Of a stretch of DNA of 64,000 nucleotides, positions 33,991 through 46,100 are shown one piece after another. The stretch comes from an uncultured Verrucomicrobiae bacterium (GTDB lineage Bacteria > Verrucomicrobiota > Verrucomicrobiia > Chthoniobacterales > Chthoniobacteraceae). Below the pieces are notes generated by a model. It was not told where the DNA came from. It ran no database searches and was given only the letters and a program-made list of their open reading frames with translations. A program made the position numbers and the translations under genes. How positions within the stretch are numbered: the first letter of the stretch is position 1; every line of letters begins with the position of its first letter. Location: the NCBI GenBank assembly GCA_963769025.1, contig CAVYKI010000012.1, positions 1-64,000 of the forward strand, given 5' to 3'.

Positions 33991-35108
33991 TTACGCCGGC
34001 ACCGGCTCGGCGCCCGCGTACTTTCGCCATCCACTCGCGGTGCACCTTCGGCGAAATCTCGCTCGGCTTGATCTCGCTGCGCCCGCCCCAGAAGACGTTC
34101 GTGTAGCTCACCGGGATTCCGCACGCCTCGAGATGATCGTCGATCGCCTTCTTGTGCAGAAAGCACGCGCTCCTTCTCCGTGCCGTGGCAGACCGCCATG
34201 ATGTTCACATTCGCAAAATCCGGCCCGCCCTCGCGCCAGTAGCAATGCGTGAGAATCTCGTGCCGCCCGGCCTCCGCGCCCGCGCGCTCCTGCATCCCCT
34301 CCGGCACACGCCAGTGGAAGAGCGCGTTGAATTTCGTCACCCGCTGCCCGCCCTGCGACGGCTTCACGTGTTCGAGGAACGTGCTGAAGCGCCCGATCAC
34401 CTGGCGCTTGTTCAGATCCTCCGCGACGCGGCAGAACGTCTCCACGTCCACGCCGATTTCCTTCGCGCGATCCGCCCACAGGCCCGTGCGGATCTCGTCC
34501 GGCGAAAGTTCGCGCTTCAACGCCAGCAGCACCTCCCACTCCAGGTCGCTCAGCTTCACGATCCCCACCGGGATCATCCGCGCAGGCTCCGGTGACTTGT
34601 CGCCGGGCTCGATCACCTTCCGGCGCACATGCCCCACGCCGAGCGCGAAGATTCCCTTCGCCGGCATCAGCTTGAATTTCGTGCAGCCTGTGTGGCGCAT
34701 CAGCACGCGCGCATGTTCCTCCATGTTCGTGCCGGTCGGCGTCTTCAGCGTCGTCCAAAGGCGGTACATGCTGCCCGTCGTCTGCCCGTCGGTGCTGCGC
34801 ACCACCACATGACCGCTGAACGGATCATTCTTGAACATCCAGTCAAACGCGTCGTTCAGCTTTTCCTCCGGCACCTGCCACGCGACGAGCGCGCCCTCGG
34901 CGAGATTTGACGCCACGAGCGTCTGCCGCACGCGCCGGATCGTCCCCGCCGACAGCATCGTCCGGATCCGCTCCAGCACCGTCTCCAGCGGCACGCCGCT
35001 CTTCTGCGCGATCTCGATGAATGGCTCGCGCACGAAGCCCTGAATCTTGTCCTCCGAGGTGGCGAGGATTTGCGAGTTGATGGGATCGCTGTGTTCGATG
35101 CTGGACAT
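33991..35108 (-). CDS. Fused siroheme decarboxylase-like protein (AhbA/B, NirDL-type; Lrp/AsnC fold); frameshifts near 34160 and 34022
   Basis: Two tandem HTH + RAM-like units, with GHVVVR...YRLWTTL and THCYWRE...NIMAVCHG. The end is inferred as ...KYAGAEPVPA* (TAA 33991-33993). Confidence 0.7.
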
Positions 35109-35228
35109 GGGACGTGAGCCTTAACCCATCCGGCCCCGCCGCGCCACTTAGGAATTGCCACGCTTTGCCCCAGTATTGGCGCGCGGAAAACCTGACGGGC
35201 GGCAGAGCCTCTTAAACCCGATCGGCAC

Positions 35229-38200
35229 TCAAGCCGCAGCCATCTGCCGACGACGCCGTGCCGCGAAAAGCCGCCCGGCAAGCGCGAGCAGCACCGCCAG
35301 CCCTGCAAAAATCGCGACCCGCATCCAGCGCTCGGCGATCTGCGGATCGGCGAAGGAAACTTCGAGCACCGCGCTGGCCTTCGCCTTTTGGAAATGGTGC
35401 ACGCGGCCCGCCAGCGGAAAATCCACCGCAAGCGAGAGCCGTCCCATCTGCTGCACGGCCTGGAGTTCCGCATTCATCGAAACACCCGCGCCCGCAGTCG
35501 GCACGGTCGCCGCCGCCAGCGCGCCGGGACCGGTTACGCCCATCCGCACGGTTCCTCCGTTCGCGGTTGAAAATGACATCGTCGTCCTCGGCTGCGCGGT
35601 GACGACGGGCGGCAGGTTCGGCGTGGTTGGCGCCGGGGTACTCTGAGGCGGAGTCTCGGCTGTCGGCCTTGCCACCGGCTGCGGTGCGCTGGCATTCGAA
35701 AGCACCTGCGCCTGCTCCATCTGCTGCTGCCGGTTCCCGCGGGCGAGATTCAGCGTCCGCAAATTCTCCCCGTCGCTCTCCGCATCCTTCCTGCCTTTTT
35801 CCTCACCGGATGCGACCTTCTTCCCCTCCTGATCGTCCCCCATCACCTTCAGCTTCCCGGCGATGTCCATGGGTTCCGCAATGTCGGCGGGCTTCCCTGG
35901 CTTGCCATCCGCACTCTCCTTCACACCCCCCTTGAAATTGCTCGCGCCAGTCAGTTCCAGCGTCCCCGCGCCGCTCTTGTTCAGGACAGCGACACCCTTC
36001 CCGGTCTTCGCCTGCTGCAGCACGATGTTGTCATTCAGGTAAAAATTCCGCTTGTCCCCGGCCGTCGCCTCCTCGGGTGCCGTGGGCTGCGCCGGGGCCT
36101 TGTTTGCAGGATTCTCAGCCCAGCGTGTGTTCTGGACATTCGAGACCGCGCTGTTGCCCTGAATACCGAGAGCACCATTGTCGAACTGCTGCGCCACGCC
36201 GCCCTGCCCGGCGACGACCGTCCCGTTGGTGATCACAATGTTGTTCCCAGTCGTCGCGTTGCTGTTGAGCGTCCCCGCATTGATGTTCGTCCCGCCCGAG
36301 TACGTGTTGTTCCCGAAAAGCAGCACCTGCGCGCGATTCTGATTCATCGCGCCCTGCTGCACCTGCAGGCCATTCGCATCCGTGAGCGCGGCGGCCTGCT
36401 GCTGCGGAAGGTTGCTCTCATTGGACTGCCCCTCCCGCTGCTGCTCGATGCGCCTGTTGTCCGCCTCCACCTTCGCGAGCTGCTGGCCGACATAGGTGTT
36501 CGTGTCGCTCAATTTCTGCACGAGCGCCTGCTGATCCTTCCCGACCTCGTCCCGCTGACCCGATGAATAGCGGTCCACCCGCAGCACGTCGCTGTTATAT
36601 GCCACCTGCTTCTGCACCTCCGCGCATTTCATCGCCCAATTCAGCTTCGCGTTTGCGCGCACCTCCTCGCTCACCGTCGGGTCGGCGATGATCCCATTGA
36701 GTGCCGCCAGTTCGTCCACCGCGCTGCGCGCCTTCTCGACTTCGCGTGCCACTGCCACGACTTCCGCCATGTTCCCTTCGCTCTTTGTCAGCGAGCGGCT
36801 GTCCGGCAGCCATACGGACCAGAATGTCTGCTCCACCGTGATGCCGATGAGTTCCGCGTCGTGAAAATTCCGCTTGTCCCGCGGCGCGAGCTTCGCGCCC
36901 GACTGCTTCCACACCACCTCCACATCGTAGCTCACATCGCCCGGCCGCGTCTTGATCAGCGGGATGAGGATCGCCTCGCGCCCGTTCACCTTCCCCGAAT
37001 CAGCCCGCACTCCCTGCCCCGCGACCTTCGCGCTCACGAGCACCGCGCCGTCCGGCAGTTTCACCGGGAGGAATTGCAGCGAGCGGTTTTGCAAATGCCA
37101 CACCGCCTTGTGCCACTCCGTGCCGTTCTCGCGCAGCGCCGTCGTCATTTCCGCCCACGCGCAAAATGCCGTCCGCACCTCCGCCTTTTCCAGCCGCTCC
37201 AGCACGAGCGCGACCTTCCACACCGGCTGCACGCGGAAAATCCCCGCGCTCTTCGTCACCGACGGCAGCCACGGAATCGCCGACGCCTGCGCGGGCTCCG
37301 CGCCATCGGTCTCCAGCTTCAGCTCGTACTCGCTCGCATTGTCCGCGATCACGTAGCCGGTCGTCAGTTGCGACTCGGGAAATTCCGGCGCGGGCAGCGC
37401 GATCTCGTTCACCTTGCGCCCGTCCGGCTTCTTGCCCTCGGCCATCGTCAGATCCACGTCCACCGTGAAGTCCACCGTGTCGTACACATCATTCTGAAAC
37501 GCCACGTCGTAAATCCGCCGCTCGCCCTCCACGCGGGTCCGCGTCTCGCGCACTTCGGGGCCCGTCACCTTCGCTTCCGGCAGCGCAGCGGGGAGTGAAA
37601 AGGTCGTCCGCTCGATGCTCCCCTGCCGCAGCGTCACCTGCACCTTCATGCTCCACGACACCCACGACTCGAACGCCTGCGCGTGCATCATCCAGGTCGT
37701 GTTCTGCTTCACCGGCAGCGCCGCGAGCGTCACCTGACCGGAGAATTTCTGGTTCTTGAATTCAAACCCGCGCTTCCGCTCCAGCGGCGGCAGGATTTGG
37801 AAATCCGGCGCAGCCTTCGCCGGGTCCACTTCCTTCGCTGCATCCACCGCCTCCGCACCGTCGAGCGAGAGCGAAGCGCTCACGCCCTTGTGCGCCGCGA
37901 TCACCGCCTCGCCTGTCACCTTGGAAAATCCATCCAGCGCGAGAGGCTGCACATCGAGCTGCTGCGGCGCGGCGGCGTATTCGCGCACGAGATACACCAC
38001 GAGCGGCGTCATCTCCGGCGTCGCGTCCTTGAACCGCACGCGCAACTTTTGCCCGTCGCGCCACCAGTCCTGGAGGCGGACGCTGTCCACCGCCTGCACG
38101 TCGAAATTCGCCGGCAACGTGAGCGACACATCGAAAAGCGGCGCATCCTTCGCGTGCAATTGCAGCGACGCGATGAGTTCGATTTTCCGCCGGTTCACCT

Positions 38201-39434
38201 GATACACGTAATCCACGCGCGCCTCGTGTCCCGACTCCGCGAGCGAAGTGCGATAGCCCAGCGCCCCCGCTCCCGTCCACGATCCCGCGAGCTTCACGCC
38301 TTCGCGCGCCTGCTTCGCGAGCTGCACCTGCCGCAGCACCGCATCCGGCTCCGGCACGACCGCGATGCCCGCGCCCGAATAAAGCGCCAACGTGCGATTC
38401 ACACGCCGCGCCGCGGGCGAAAACTGCGGCACACTCCGCGTCGCCGGGAACACCGTCGCCTGCGCCCGCTCCGTCGCGAACGCCAGCCGGAAGCTCCCCT
38501 TCGCCGGCTCCGCAAGCTGCACTTCGAGCACCTGCTTTGAATCGCCATCCGTGAGCTTCCACGACTTCATCCCCGGCGCATCCAGCATCGCCAGCGCGAG
38601 CCCCTTTTCAAAGCTCACCGAAAACCGATCCTGCTGCGCATCCGCAAATCCGAACGCGATCTCCGTCTCAAACCGCTCATACCCCGCGAGCGCCAGCGCC
38701 GCCGTCTCCACCTCCGCAGTCGCAGGCTCCACGACCCGCGCCACGCCCTCCGCCTCGACGAGCGCCACCGAGATCCGCCCCGTCGTGCCGAGCGCCGCCG
38801 TCACCGTCTTCTTCCCATCCGTCACACGCTCGATCACACCCGCATCCGGCGCGATGCGCGCCGACCATCGCGTCTCCGGCAGCGTCAGCACCAGCCGCGT
38901 CGCTGCCGTGCGCGGGATGCCCCACGAAAATTCCCGCGCCCCCGCCGCCAGCGGAATCTCAAACGCCGCCGTGAGCGAATGCCTGCCCGGCTTCTCCACC
39001 ACGAGCGCGCCATCCGCAAATGCCGCCGGCTTCCCGTCCACCGCGAGTTCGCTGATCTGCACGCCCTCGAACGGCAGCGGCACTTTCACCCACGCCTCGT
39101 CGAACGTCGAAAACTCCAGCGTCACCGAAAACGCCGCGCGCTTTTCCTCCACGCGCCCCTCATACCGCGCCGCCCCCAGCGCAAACGCCGCCGCCGCAAA
39201 CGCCGCCTTCTCCGGCGTCCGCGTCTTCTTCGCCGCCTCCCACAATTCGAGAAAGCGATCGTATTTCAGATACACCTTGTCCGGATGCTGATCCGCCACC
39301 GGCTTCTTCGGATCGTACGGAACAATCACCGTGTCGCGCGACTCCGGCCGCATGGCCTGCGGCTTCTCCGCGCGCACACCGACGTTCCCGACGCAAAACA
39401 GCGCCAGCATCATCGAGAGCATCCAAGGTTTCAC
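35229..39434 (-). CDS. Giant exported protein C (~1400 aa), unknown function, with C-terminal TM anchor and partial PATR repeats
   Basis: GTG overlaps gene B's stop (GTGA). Signal MKPWMLSMMLALFC, repeated beta modules, Gln/Asn-rich insertion, then a C-terminal TM helix and RRRR. Confidence 0.8.
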   Translation of the reverse strand: MKPWMLSMMLALFCVGNVGVRAEKPQAMRPESRDTVIVPYDPKKPVADQHPDKVYLKYDRFLELWEAAKKTRTPEKAAFAAAAFALGAARYEGRVEEKRAAFSVTLEFSTFDEAWVKVPLPFEGVQISELAVDGKPAAFADGALVVEKPGRHSLTAAFEIPLAAGAREFSWGIPRTAATRLVLTLPETRWSARIAPDAGVIERVTDGKKTVTAALGTTGRISVALVEAEGVARVVEPATAEVETAALALAGYERFETEIAFGFADAQQDRFSVSFEKGLALAMLDAPGMKSWKLTDGDSKQVLEVQLAEPAKGSFRLAFATERAQATVFPATRSVPQFSPAARRVNRTLALYSGAGIAVVPEPDAVLRQVQLAKQAREGVKLAGSWTGAGALGYRTSLAESGHEARVDYVYQVNRRKIELIASLQLHAKDAPLFDVSLTLPANFDVQAVDSVRLQDWWRDGQKLRVRFKDATPEMTPLVVYLVREYAAAPQQLDVQPLALDGFSKVTGEAVIAAHKGVSASLSLDGAEAVDAAKEVDPAKAAPDFQILPPLERKRGFEFKNQKFSGQVTLAALPVKQNTTWMMHAQAFESWVSWSMKVQVTLRQGSIERTTFSLPAALPEAKVTGPEVRETRTRVEGERRIYDVAFQNDVYDTVDFTVDVDLTMAEGKKPDGRKVNEIALPAPEFPESQLTTGYVIADNASEYELKLETDGAEPAQASAIPWLPSVTKSAGIFRVQPVWKVALVLERLEKAEVRTAFCAWAEMTTALRENGTEWHKAVWHLQNRSLQFLPVKLPDGAVLVSAKVAGQGVRADSGKVNGREAILIPLIKTRPGDVSYDVEVVWKQSGAKLAPRDKRNFHDAELIGITVEQTFWSVWLPDSRSLTKSEGNMAEVVAVAREVEKARSAVDELAALNGIIADPTVSEEVRANAKLNWAMKCAEVQKQVAYNSDVLRVDRYSSGQRDEVGKDQQALVQKLSDTNTYVGQQLAKVEADNRRIEQQREGQSNESNLPQQQAAALTDANGLQVQQGAMNQNRAQVLLFGNNTYSGGTNINAGTLNSNATTGNNIVITNGTVVAGQGGVAQQFDNGALGIQGNSAVSNVQNTRWAENPANKAPAQPTAPEEATAGDKRNFYLNDNIVLQQAKTGKGVAVLNKSGAGTLELTGASNFKGGVKESADGKPGKPADIAEPMDIAGKLKVMGDDQEGKKVASGEEKGRKDAESDGENLRTLNLARGNRQQQMEQAQVLSNASAPQPVARPTAETPPQSTPAPTTPNLPPVVTAQPRTTMSFSTANGGTVRMGVTGPGALAAATVPTAGAGVSMNAELQAVQQMGRLSLAVDFPLAGRVHHFQKAKASAVLEVSFADPQIAERWMRVAIFAGLAVLLALAGRLFAARRRRQMAAA

Positions 39435-42400
39435 GCCAGCACCTCCTTCTTCACCCGGAACACGCACCACGCCCCGACCCGGTTCAGCACCAGCCCTGCG
39501 AGCCAGCCGCCGAGCAGCGCATTGCACACCGGCATCCACGCCACGCTCACACACAGCGGCACCGCGGACAGCACGAGCACCGCCCACAGCGTCCGCCACC
39601 ACGGTCGTCTCGACGCCACGAGGTAAAATGCGACCCCTCCCGCGACGAACCAGATCCACAACGCCCGCGCGCGGCTCCACCAATCGTCATACCGCATCTC
39701 CAGCCGCTCCGGCGCATACAGCCCGTCAAACACCAGCGCCGGCCCCGTCTTCGGAAGATCGAGCGTCACGGGCAGAAGACCCGCGGTTTTTCCTCCGCGA
39801 TACCATCCGCGCGCGCCCGATTCGGGAAGTCGGGATTTCAAGGTTTGGAAATTGCTCACGTCGTCCGTCTTGGTTTGCGGCTTCGCCGGAGCCGCCGGTT
39901 CAGGTTGCGCAGTTGCGGTCTGCGGAGCCGGCGCCTTCGGGGCGAGTTTCCCGTCCAACTCGCGAGCCGCCAGTTCGCTCTTCGTACCTTCCTGGGCGGC
40001 CTTCCGCCCATCTTCAAACCGCCCTCTCATGCTTCCCGGCAGTTTCTCCAACGCCTTTGCGCGATCCAGTTGGTCTGCATCCACGTTCATGTCGGTTATT
40101 CCCGGACGGTGCGACTGCGCGGCAGGCATCTCTTCGTTGTCCCACATCACCTGTCCTGCCGATTCACGCGCAGCCTTCAGCGTTCCCAAACTGAGCTCAC
40201 CCAGCGCGCCGAGCGACACGCGCCCAATCGTCCGCACCAGCAATTCCTCATGCGGCGCTTCCGGCACCGGCAGGTTGCTCTCGATGTCCGAGAACGAAAA
40301 TCCCTCCGGCACCCACACGCGCCACGTGCTCTTCAGCACCGGGATGCCCGTGGCGATGGATGGCGCGTTCAGCGCGAGCTTGCCGCGATTTTTCCAAGCA
40401 CCGCCCGTCGTCTCGTACACGAGCGCAGCGATGACTCCGGTGTTCGCGTCGCGCTTCGCCGGGAGCGGGAGACGCACGCTGCCGGGGCGATCCTCCACCG
40501 TCACGGGCTTCACCGCGGTGCCGTCAATCGCCGCCGAGAGCAGCGCCGCGCCCTGCGGCAGAGCCACGTCGAAGTATTCCACGCCCGAGGCGCGCAGCCG
40601 GTAGATGGCCTCGTGCCGGTGCGTGCCGCTCGTGGATATCACCGTGTTCAGTTCCAGCGCGTCCACCACGGCCGCGAGCATCCCCGCGGGCGCGTGCCGC
40701 ACGCCGTTCAGCGTGAGCGCGTAGTCCGCGCCGAGCCAGCCGAAGACGCCGATGACGCGGTGCCGCGGCGCGTAGTCCGCGAGCTGCGGCGCGAGCAGCG
40801 AGTCGAGTTCGTTCATCCCGACCGCGTCGAAGCGAATCTCCGTTTCCGTGTTCGCCTCCACCGCCCACAGCCCGCTCGCGCGCACGACATCGAGCGGCGA
40901 AATCACCGGCACCTTCACCGCAAACGAATAGCCCTTCGCGCCATTTTTCCCGTCGCCCGCCTGCTTCCCCACCGGCACCTGCGCGGCGATGCTCAGCGCA
41001 TAGTTCCCCGTGAGTTCCTTTTGGAAAGTGACCGTCCACACGTCGCCGTCGAGCGCGCGCTCGGCGACTTGCGGTCCTTCAAAATGGAAGTTCTGCGCGA
41101 TGTCCTTCGGCACGCGAATCTTCACCGCGCGCGTGCCGCCGCCGAGGAACTGGTAGTTCATCACCGCATGCACATCGAGCACGCCTTCGAGCGGCAGGAC
41201 GTAGCCCGTGAGCGCCGCGAGCACCTCGGACGGACGCCGCGCGATCTTCGACCGTAAGATCGAACGCATCGCGCCGGAACCACGCATACTCGCCCTGCAC
41301 CGGTGTGCTGCGCCCGTCGCGCCGCTCCAGCGTCTCGCCCGGCTGCGCCTCGATGCGAAACGCCGGGTCCGCCGTGAGCGCGATGTATCCCGTAACCTTC
41401 GCCGAGTCCGCGATCTTCGCATCGCCGAGCGTGATCGAAATCCCCTCCGCCGGAAGCTGCGTCCATTTCTCCGGCTCGATGCGCGTGCGCACGCGGAACA
41501 CGCGCGGCTTCACGGATTCGTCGCTCCACTTGATGAGCACCCTGCCGCCCTCGCGCGTCCACTCCGGCTCGGTTTCACTGCCCGCGATTTGGCCCGGCAG
41601 GATTCCCTGAGCCGCAGGCTGGCCCGCGACAGGCTTCACTTCCTCGATGCGCCGCACGTCCAGAAACTCCTCGCTCGCAGGGAGCGTGATCGCCGCGGAA
41701 AAGCGACGCCCCTTCTGCTCCCGCAGCGTCAGCGTGCGCGTGACGAAAATCGCGTCCGAACGAAACTCCACGAGCGTGTCGAGGTCGCTCTCCAGCCCCG
41801 GCACCGCGCGCTCGATGACCACCTTCGGCGCAACGCCGCTGCCGGAAAATTCATACGCGCCGAAGAACCCGCGCTCGCCGCGATCCTCGGGAGTCGGCAT
41901 CCGCCGCATCCGCGCATCGGCGGTCACGTCCTTGATCGTCACATTGTCCGCGCCCGCGATGTGCAGCTCGCCATCGAGCCGCGACGCGCCCTGCAACACC
42001 GGCATCGGCAGCACCGTCGCCGCCGCGTCCTTCCCGATCAGCGGCTGCAACTCCACACCAATTTCCAGGTCGAGTTCCTTCCGCGCACCGTCCTGAAACT
42101 TCGCGACAATCTTCCCGCCCGCCGCCTCCCACCCGCGCAATTCACCCGCGCGCACCGCGAGCACCTTCACCCCCGCAGGCAGCGCAAACTCGAACGACAG
42201 CGGCAAATCGCCGAGCGGAGCTTCGAGGTGAATCCGGTAACTGCCCGCGATTTTCTCCGCATCAATGTCGTAGCGCACGAGCGCCTGCGCGCGCACGGGA
42301 ATCTTCCCGTCATTCTCTGCGCCGCCCTTCCACGCAAACGCCACCGCACTCCGCGCCGGCGAAAGCGCGACGGTCGCCGTGGTGGATTCCGCAGTCTTCG

Positions 42401-43160
42401 TCACCCGCACCGCATCGCCGAGTTTTTCCATCGTCGCACCCGCGGGCAGCGCGAGCGTGAAGGAACCCGCCGCGACGCCCGGCACACCGAGCGCCAGCGT
42501 GCTGATCCCGCCCGCTCCCGCGATCGGCGCGGTGATTTCCAGCGTGACCTTGTGCTCGCCGCGTCCGCGCAACAGCAGGAGCGCGGGCCTCTCAGGCGCG
42601 ATCATTTGTTTCCCGCTCTGCGGCTGCGCGGCCTGCGGCGGCGGCGCATCCCGCAAGACCGGATTCCGAGCCGTGAGCACGCCTTCGCCGTCGAGCTTCA
42701 CCTCGCCGATGGCCGCGCCCGCAAAGTCGAGCGGCAACGAACTCCAGCCGTTGCGCAGCACGTTCACACGGAGTTCCGCATGGATCACCGCCGTCTTCCC
42801 ATCCGGCACCGCGCGAAATTCCGCGCTGGAAATCGCAGCCGCAACGGGCGCCTCGGATTCCGGCTTCTTCTCGCGCTCCGCATCGCGGAGAAGCGCCTCG
42901 TACTGCTCGCGCGTCAGCAGCACCGCATTCTTGTCGAGCACATGCCCGAGCTTGTCCACCGGCACCCAAAGCTCCCGGCGATCCGGCGGCTTCGGCGCGG
43001 CGGGCTCCGCGCGCGCCGCGATGGATGGAAGCACCAATGCGATCAGCAGCGCGACGAAAACATGTAGCCGCGCTTGTAAAAGCGCGGGCACTCTTTGCAT
43101 TCGCGCGGGAAAATCAGCCCGCGCCTTTACAAGCGCAGCTACGATCGGTTTCGCACTCAT
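39431..43160 (-). CDS. Giant exported protein B (~1240 aa), paralog of A and C; frameshift near 41250
   Basis: ATG overlaps gene A's stop (ATGA). Joins ORFs 41079-43448 and 39431-41422; three C-terminal TM segments. Confidence 0.78.
43064..43142. repeat. GTAG-type REP doublet (REPIN-like)
   Basis: GTAG-CCGCGCTT-GTAA-AAGCGCGG at 43064-43087 and an inverted copy with 2 mismatches at 43119-43142. Confidence 0.75.
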
Positions 43161-46100
43161 GGCTGCGCGGGCGGCTCGGTAGGTTTCGTTTCCTGCGCAG
43201 CCTGCCTTGCCGCAAATCTCTCCGCGCGCTTCTCCGCCTCCTCGGCGGCGAACTTCGCGGCCAATGCCTGGCGCTCGCGCCGCCGCTCCATGCACGCGGC
43301 CAGCCAGGCGCGGATTCCGCAGATCAGCCAGATGCCCACGCCTGCGAACACGCCGATGGACGCCATCTGCCACGGCCCGGCAGAGCGCGGATTCACCGTG
43401 CCGGAAACGACCAACGCGCCGAGCCCGACGAAAATGAAATACGCCCACTTCGCTCCGCGCTCGCGACGCAAGAGCGCGATGGCCCCGGCAAACGCCAGCA
43501 GCGCCGCCATCGCCTCGACGAGGAACGCGAACGTCTTTCCGCGATGCGACACACTCACCGTCGCGGGCGCATCCATCCGCCGCAGATCCGCGCGCACGCC
43601 TTCCTTGCGGAGTTGCGTGTCGAAGCCCGCGCGTTTCGGCGGCGGCATCGGCGGCGTGGCGACATTCTGCACGTTCAGCGCGGACGGCGCAGCCGGGCCG
43701 ATCTGCGGGAGGTAAAACCGCAGCCCGCGCGCAATCCGTTCCCAGCCGAACGCGCCCACGTCCTCGCGCATCGCCCCGCCAAAATCCACGTAGCGCTGCG
43801 AGGCCGGCAGGAAGAGCGTCCAGTGCGTCTGCAGCACCTTCACGTCGGAGAGCCGCGGCGGCTCCAGGTCAAAATTCCCGCGCCAGCCGAACTTTTCGCC
43901 CGGCTTCGCGCTCGGCACTTCATAGACGAAACGCACGGGGAATTCCGCATTGCCGTCCTGCCGCGCTGGCAGGCGGATGAGCACTTCGTTGCGATCCGGC
44001 CGCTTGCTCGGCTGCTGCGGTTCGCCATTTACGAACGCATCGCTCAGGAGCCGCGCCTGCTTCCCGCCGCGCGACGGGAGCTGGATGCTGAAGAACTGCT
44101 GCGAGTTGTTTTTCACCCAATAGATCACCTCGGTCGTCTCCGCCGCGTCCTCGGCGATCACGCTCGTGAGCACCGCGCTCGTCACGATGGCCTGCGGCAC
44201 GTCGAGGTAGAGATTCTTCGACACGCTCAGCGAGAGCGACACGGGATGCTGGCTGTATTTGTAGGCGAGGAAAATCCCGTCGCGTTGCAGCGCGGCGTTC
44301 AGCTCCTTCGGGTCAATCGTCTCCAGCCCCTTCGAGTCCGTCTTGGTGAATTCGAGGTTGCCGTCCTTCAGCACCGCGACCTGTCCCGTCTCGCGGAAAA
44401 CGCCGGGCGTCTTCACCTCGTGCAGCGTCACGGGCAGCACCACGCCGGGCTTTTGCTCCGCGCGCGCCGCGTCGTGGGAAAAGGTGAGCGTGTGCGCGCC
44501 GAGCACCTTGTCCTGCAGCACGACGCGCCAGATCACCGCGCCCGTCGGCTGCCCCGCGGCATCGAGCGCGTCGCTCTTGATGCGCTCCTTGATGTTCGCA
44601 CCCTCGATTTGCAAATCGTCCGCGATCGCCTTCGGCACCTCGACGCTGAACTCATTCACGCCCGGCAAACTCCACGTTGAAATTCACAATCCACGAATGC
44701 CGCGTGAGCGTCTCGCGCACATCGAGCAGCGTGAGCACATCGGCGGACACGCGCGGCTTGCGCAGCTCGAATGCGATCTGCGCCGCCTTCACCGCCGCCG
44801 CCGACTGCGAGCGATATCGGAAGCCGATCGTGAGCGGCGTCTGCGCGGGATTCGCCGCCACCATGCCTTCGAGATTGCGGATGTCCTCCTCGCGCATGTC
44901 GCCCTTGTCCGTCGTGTTCGCCTTCAGGCTCAGGTGAATGGCGAGGCCCACCTTTGCATCGTGGCGCTCCGCGGCGAGCGGATTGAAAACGGGCACCGTC
45001 ACCGCGTCGCCCGCATTCGCGCGCGGCGCATCGGCCGTGAGATGAAATTGAAACACACCGAGCTGGCGCGACTTGAACTTCACGCTCATCACGCGCTTGC
45101 CGCCCGACCTCCGCCACCGTGCTGCTCTCGACCATCGGGCCGACCGCCTCCTCATTCCGATACCCGGCCGGCAGCTCGATCTGCACCCCGAAGATGCCCG
45201 CCTTTTTCACCGTGTAGCTGAAGCGCGTGTTCAGCGTCAGCGTCTCCGTGCCGACCGTGAGCAACGACAGACTCGCCACTTCCACCTGCGGTTTTGCCTC
45301 GGTGACATTCAGCACGCCCGCGTACGGCAGGCGCAGATAGCGGTAGCTGCCCACGAGCCCCGGCTGCGTTTTTCCGTCCTTCGTCAGCGCGACGCCCTGC
45401 TGCGTGAGGTTCTGGAGATCCGACGGCTCGACGACCAATTCCGCGTCCGCATTCACCGTGATGCTCCCGCTCTGCCGCTCGACATTCAGCGCCGACACGA
45501 CCGGCAGCGCGGGCTTCTGCGGCAGCGCGCCGAGCGCGGCTTCCAGCGTGAGCCGCAGTTGATACGAGTCCTTCGCAGGAGTGTGCAGCTCGATGTGAAT
45601 GCCCTGCCCCGCCTGCCCCGCGACGCCCGCCGCCGGCTTCCATTCGCGGATATTCGCGCCCTCGACGCTGAGCACCTGCTGGTCCAACGGCACCGTCACG
45701 TCAAACGCACTCACACCTGTGCGCAGGATGCGGTAGCTCATCGTCACGTCCGTCCGCAGCGCGCCGCCGCCCACGCGCACGACCGTCTGCGCATCCGCAA
45801 AAAGCAGCGCGGGCAGCGCCGTCTCGCCGCCCTTCTTCGCCCAGGAAATCGTCACCTGCTGCGAAGCGCCGAAATACACCGAGAGCTTCGTCCCCTCGCC
45901 CTGCTCCACGGCGCTGAACGCCGACGCCGGCGTGATCGTGAACTCCAATCCCTTCTCCGGGATCGTGAGTTCAAACTGCGACACCGCCGTGCCCGGCAGC
46001 TTCAGCGGCAGCGTCGCGCGCCCCTTGTCGCGCGTGACCTTTCCAAAGATGACCGCATCGAGCGTGTATGCGCCCTTCTTCGGAAAAATGATCGTCTGCC

